A DNA stretch of 28,203 nt from positions 1 to 28,203 of the forward strand of contig JBGQEL010000051.1 of NCBI GenBank assembly GCA_041496385.1, given 5' to 3'. A program made the position numbers and the translations under genes. The notes beneath the pieces are model-generated. The model was not told the origin of the DNA and made no database searches. It saw nothing but the letters and a program-made list of their open reading frames with translations. Shown piece by piece: positions 25,866-28,203 of the stretch. This stretch comes from Candidatus Methylomirabilia bacterium (GTDB lineage Bacteria; Methylomirabilota; Methylomirabilia; Rokubacteriales; CSP1-6). Every line of letters starts with the position of its first letter. Position 1 is the stretch's first letter.

Positions 25866-26657
25866 TCACGCGCGCCGCCGGACGAGCAAGAGAGGGGTCA
25901 GCACGACGAGGCTGGCCACGATGATCACGGTCGAGATGGCGGGCAGGATCGGCGTGATCTCGTAGAAGATGGCGTCCCAGACCTTCACCGGGAGCGTCTT
26001 GGCGCGCACGCCGCTGATGAAGAGCGTCACCACCACCTCGTCGAAGGAGACGTTGAACGCGAAGAGCGCGCTGCCGAAGACCGCCAGCCGGATCTGGGGG
26101 AAGGTGACGCGGGCGAACGTCGCGACGGGCCCGGCGCCGAGGCTCAGCGACGCCTCCTCGAGCGCGGGATCCACCCCGTGCAGCGCGCTGCCCACGAACA
26201 CCACCACGAACGGAAACGCCAGCACGCTGTGGGCCAGCACGAGCCCGGCCACGGTGCCCACCAGCCCGGCCGCGGCGAACACGTAGTACACGGCGACGGC
26301 GAACACGATGCTGGGCACGATCCGCGGCGCGATGAGGGCCGCTTCCAGCAGGCGGCGGCTGCGGGTGGCCAGGCGCCGCAGCCCGAGCGCGGCCAGCGTG
26401 CCGAGCAGCGTGGCCACCACCATCACGCCGAGGGCCACCTGGACCGAGCGGCCGAGGGCGAGCATCCATTCGCGGCTGGCGAAGAAGCGCTGGTACTGCG
26501 TGAAGCCGGGCGTGGTCGGGATCAGCTCGAAGACCATCGACGCGCTGAGCGACATGGGGATGACGGTCAGCACGGGGACCACCAGGAACGCGAGCACCGA
26601 GCCGCCGGTGACGGCGAGCGCCGCGCGTGCGGCCAGCGGGCGCAGCCGGCGCCTCAC
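25866..26657 (-). CDS. PotC-like ABC transporter permease
   Basis: P.IVP.IV, LAH.VLA.PFV, LEEASLSLGA, SFDEVVV, TLP. Coupled GTG start. Confidence 0.9.
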   Translation of the reverse strand: MRRRLRPLAARAALAVTGGSVLAFLVVPVLTVIPMSLSASMVFELIPTTPGFTQYQRFFASREWMLALGRSVQVALGVMVVATLLGTLAALGLRRLATRSRRLLEAALIAPRIVPSIVFAVAVYYVFAAAGLVGTVAGLVLAHSVLAFPFVVVFVGSALHGVDPALEEASLSLGAGPVATFARVTFPQIRLAVFGSALFAFNVSFDEVVVTLFISGVRAKTLPVKVWDAIFYEITPILPAISTVIIVASLVVLTPLLLVRRRA

Positions 26658-27493
26658 GGCAGCCCCGCCGCGCGCGGCATCCGGCCTTCCAGCGTGCGGA
26701 CGTAGATCGCGTAGAGCAGCAGCGTGCCGAGCAGCAGCGTGTTCGCGAGCGCGAACGCGAACGGCCAGTTCAGCACCTGGCGCACGCTGAACTCGATGAG
26801 GTTCGACACCATCATCTGCTTCGGTCCGCCGAGCAGCGCGGGGGTGATGAAGAATCCGAGCGAGACGATGAAGACCAGGAGGCCGCCGGCGGCGACGCCC
26901 GGCGCGCTGAGCGGCAGCGTGACGCGCCAGAACGTCTTCGCCGGATGGGCGCCGAGGCTGGCCGAGGCGTGCCGCAGCTCGGGGGGGATGGCCAGCAGCG
27001 CGCTCAGCACCGGGAAGATCATGTAGGGCAGGAGCATGTTGACCATGGCGATGAGCACGCCGAGCTCGTTGTACATGAGGTCGAGCGGCGCGCCGACGAC
27101 TCCCCAGTCCAGGAGCAGGCGGTTCACGAGCCCGGTGCGCTGGAGCAGCACCATCCAGACGTAGTTGCGGACGAGGACGCTGAGGAAGAACGGCACGATC
27201 ACGCAGAGCAGGAGCACCTGCCGGGTCCGCGGCTTCACGGAGGCCAGGAAATACGCGGCGGGGTAGCCGAGCAGCGCCGCGCCGATCGTCGTCAGCAGGC
27301 TGATCTTCAGCGTGATCCAGAAGACGCGGCCATAGACCGGCGTCCGCCACATGCGCTCGTAGAACTCCAGGGTGAAGCCGGGCGCGAAGACGCTGCCCCA
27401 GACCACGCGGACGAGCGGCAGCGCGAAGACGAGGAGCAGAAAGGCCAGCGGCGGGCCCAGCAGGACGACCCGCGCCAGGGTCGCGCGCCTCAC
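26654..27493 (-). CDS. PotB-like ABC transporter permease
   Basis: LLGYPAAY, PFFLSVLVRNY.W, G.VN, LLPYMI.P, ASASLGA, SLGFFITPALLGG. Coupled GTG start. Confidence 0.9.
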   Translation of the reverse strand: MRRATLARVVLLGPPLAFLLLVFALPLVRVVWGSVFAPGFTLEFYERMWRTPVYGRVFWITLKISLLTTIGAALLGYPAAYFLASVKPRTRQVLLLCVIVPFFLSVLVRNYVWMVLLQRTGLVNRLLLDWGVVGAPLDLMYNELGVLIAMVNMLLPYMIFPVLSALLAIPPELRHASASLGAHPAKTFWRVTLPLSAPGVAAGGLLVFIVSLGFFITPALLGGPKQMMVSNLIEFSVRQVLNWPFAFALANTLLLGTLLLYAIYVRTLEGRMPRAAGLP

Positions 27494-28203
27494 CGTGGGC
27501 CCAGGACTGCGCGGGCGTCGGCGACGGCGGCCCCGCGCTCGAGCAGGAGGAGCGGGTTGAGGTCCAGCTCGGCGAGCGCCTCGACGTCGGCCATCAGCTC
27601 CCCGACCCTGACGATGACGTCCACCGCGGCGTCGACGTCGCGCGGCCCGCGGCCCCGCAGCGCGCCGAGCAGGCGATGGCCGTGGATCTCGCCGGTCATG
27701 GCGTGCGCCTCGGCGGCGTCGACGGGTGCCAGGCGGAAGGCGACGTCGGCGAGCGCCTCCACGTCCACGCCGCCCAGGCCGAACATCACGACCGGTCCGA
27801 ACTGCGGATCGCGGAACGCGCCGACCACGCACTCGAGGCCCCCGGCGATCATCGGCGTGACCAGCACGCGCGCCGGCGCGATGCCGAGCTCGGCCGCGCG
27901 CGCCGCGAGGCGACGATACGCCTCGGCCGCCTGCCCGGGCACCACGTCGAGCAGCACCCCGCCGGCCTCGCTCTTGTGCAGCAGCTCGGGCGCGACGAGC
28001 TTGACGGCCAGCGATCCGCCCAGCTCGCGCGCGGCCGCGGCCGCCGCGTCGGCCGACGCGGCGAGGCGCGAGGCCGGCACCGCGACGCCGTACGCGGCCA
28101 GGAGCTCGCGCGCGTCGGGCTCGAGGAGCAGCCGCGGCGTCGTTGCGGTCGCGCGCGCCAGGACGGCGTTCACCCGCGCGCGATCCGGCGCCGACCGGCG
28201 GGC
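27490..28203 (-). CDS. Acetate/acyl-CoA ligase (ADP-forming) ATP-grasp domain, probably the C-terminus of a longer protein (5' partial)
   Basis: LLEPDARELL.AYGV, VKLV...LLHKSEAGGV, G..RDPQFGPVVMFGLGG..VE.L.DV.FRLAP, ELDLNPL, DAR. The frame stays open to the window edge. Confidence 0.85.
   Translation of the reverse strand, partial: ARRSAPDRARVNAVLARATATTPRLLLEPDARELLAAYGVAVPASRLAASADAAAAAARELGGSLAVKLVAPELLHKSEAGGVLLDVVPGQAAEAYRRLAARAAELGIAPARVLVTPMIAGGLECVVGAFRDPQFGPVVMFGLGGVDVEALADVAFRLAPVDAAEAHAMTGEIHGHRLLGALRGRGPRDVDAAVDVIVRVGELMADVEALAELDLNPLLLLERGAAVADARAVLGPR

Overview
High-GC bacterial DNA, densely coding, with about 30 protein genes and no rRNA, tRNA, CRISPR array or mobile element that I can see. 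The left half (<1-15059, + strand) is a largely translationally coupled cobalamin/folate one-carbon cluster. It encodes a MetF-MetV-type fused methylene-THF reductase, a stand-alone pterin-binding (AcsE-like) methyltransferase, a stand-alone homocysteine-S-methyltransferase domain, two UroD/MtaA-like methyltransferases each followed by its own corrinoid protein, a Rieske-like ferredoxin with an atypical CxH...CxxC ligand set, an ASKHA/RACo corrinoid activase, a CobW/COG0523 GTPase, a GntR regulator, Fhs, a small 'YWKDIP' protein, FtcD, FolB and a divergent GH88-like protein. The middle holds a divergent MFS transporter / acetyl-CoA synthetase (acs) pair. The right half (18340->28203, - strand) encodes an ADP-forming acyl-CoA ligase (partial), a PotBCD-like ABC system, RidA, a polar amino-acid ABC system, a DUF1989 protein, a deaminase-type amidohydrolase, and a small stand-alone di-iron (monooxygenase-alpha-like) protein with its own candidate promoter. 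The best candidate for an undescribed system is the modular two-input corrinoid methyl-transfer hub, with the 3Cys-1His Rieske variant coupled to the corrinoid activase. All calls come from motif recognition by eye; no database searches were run.
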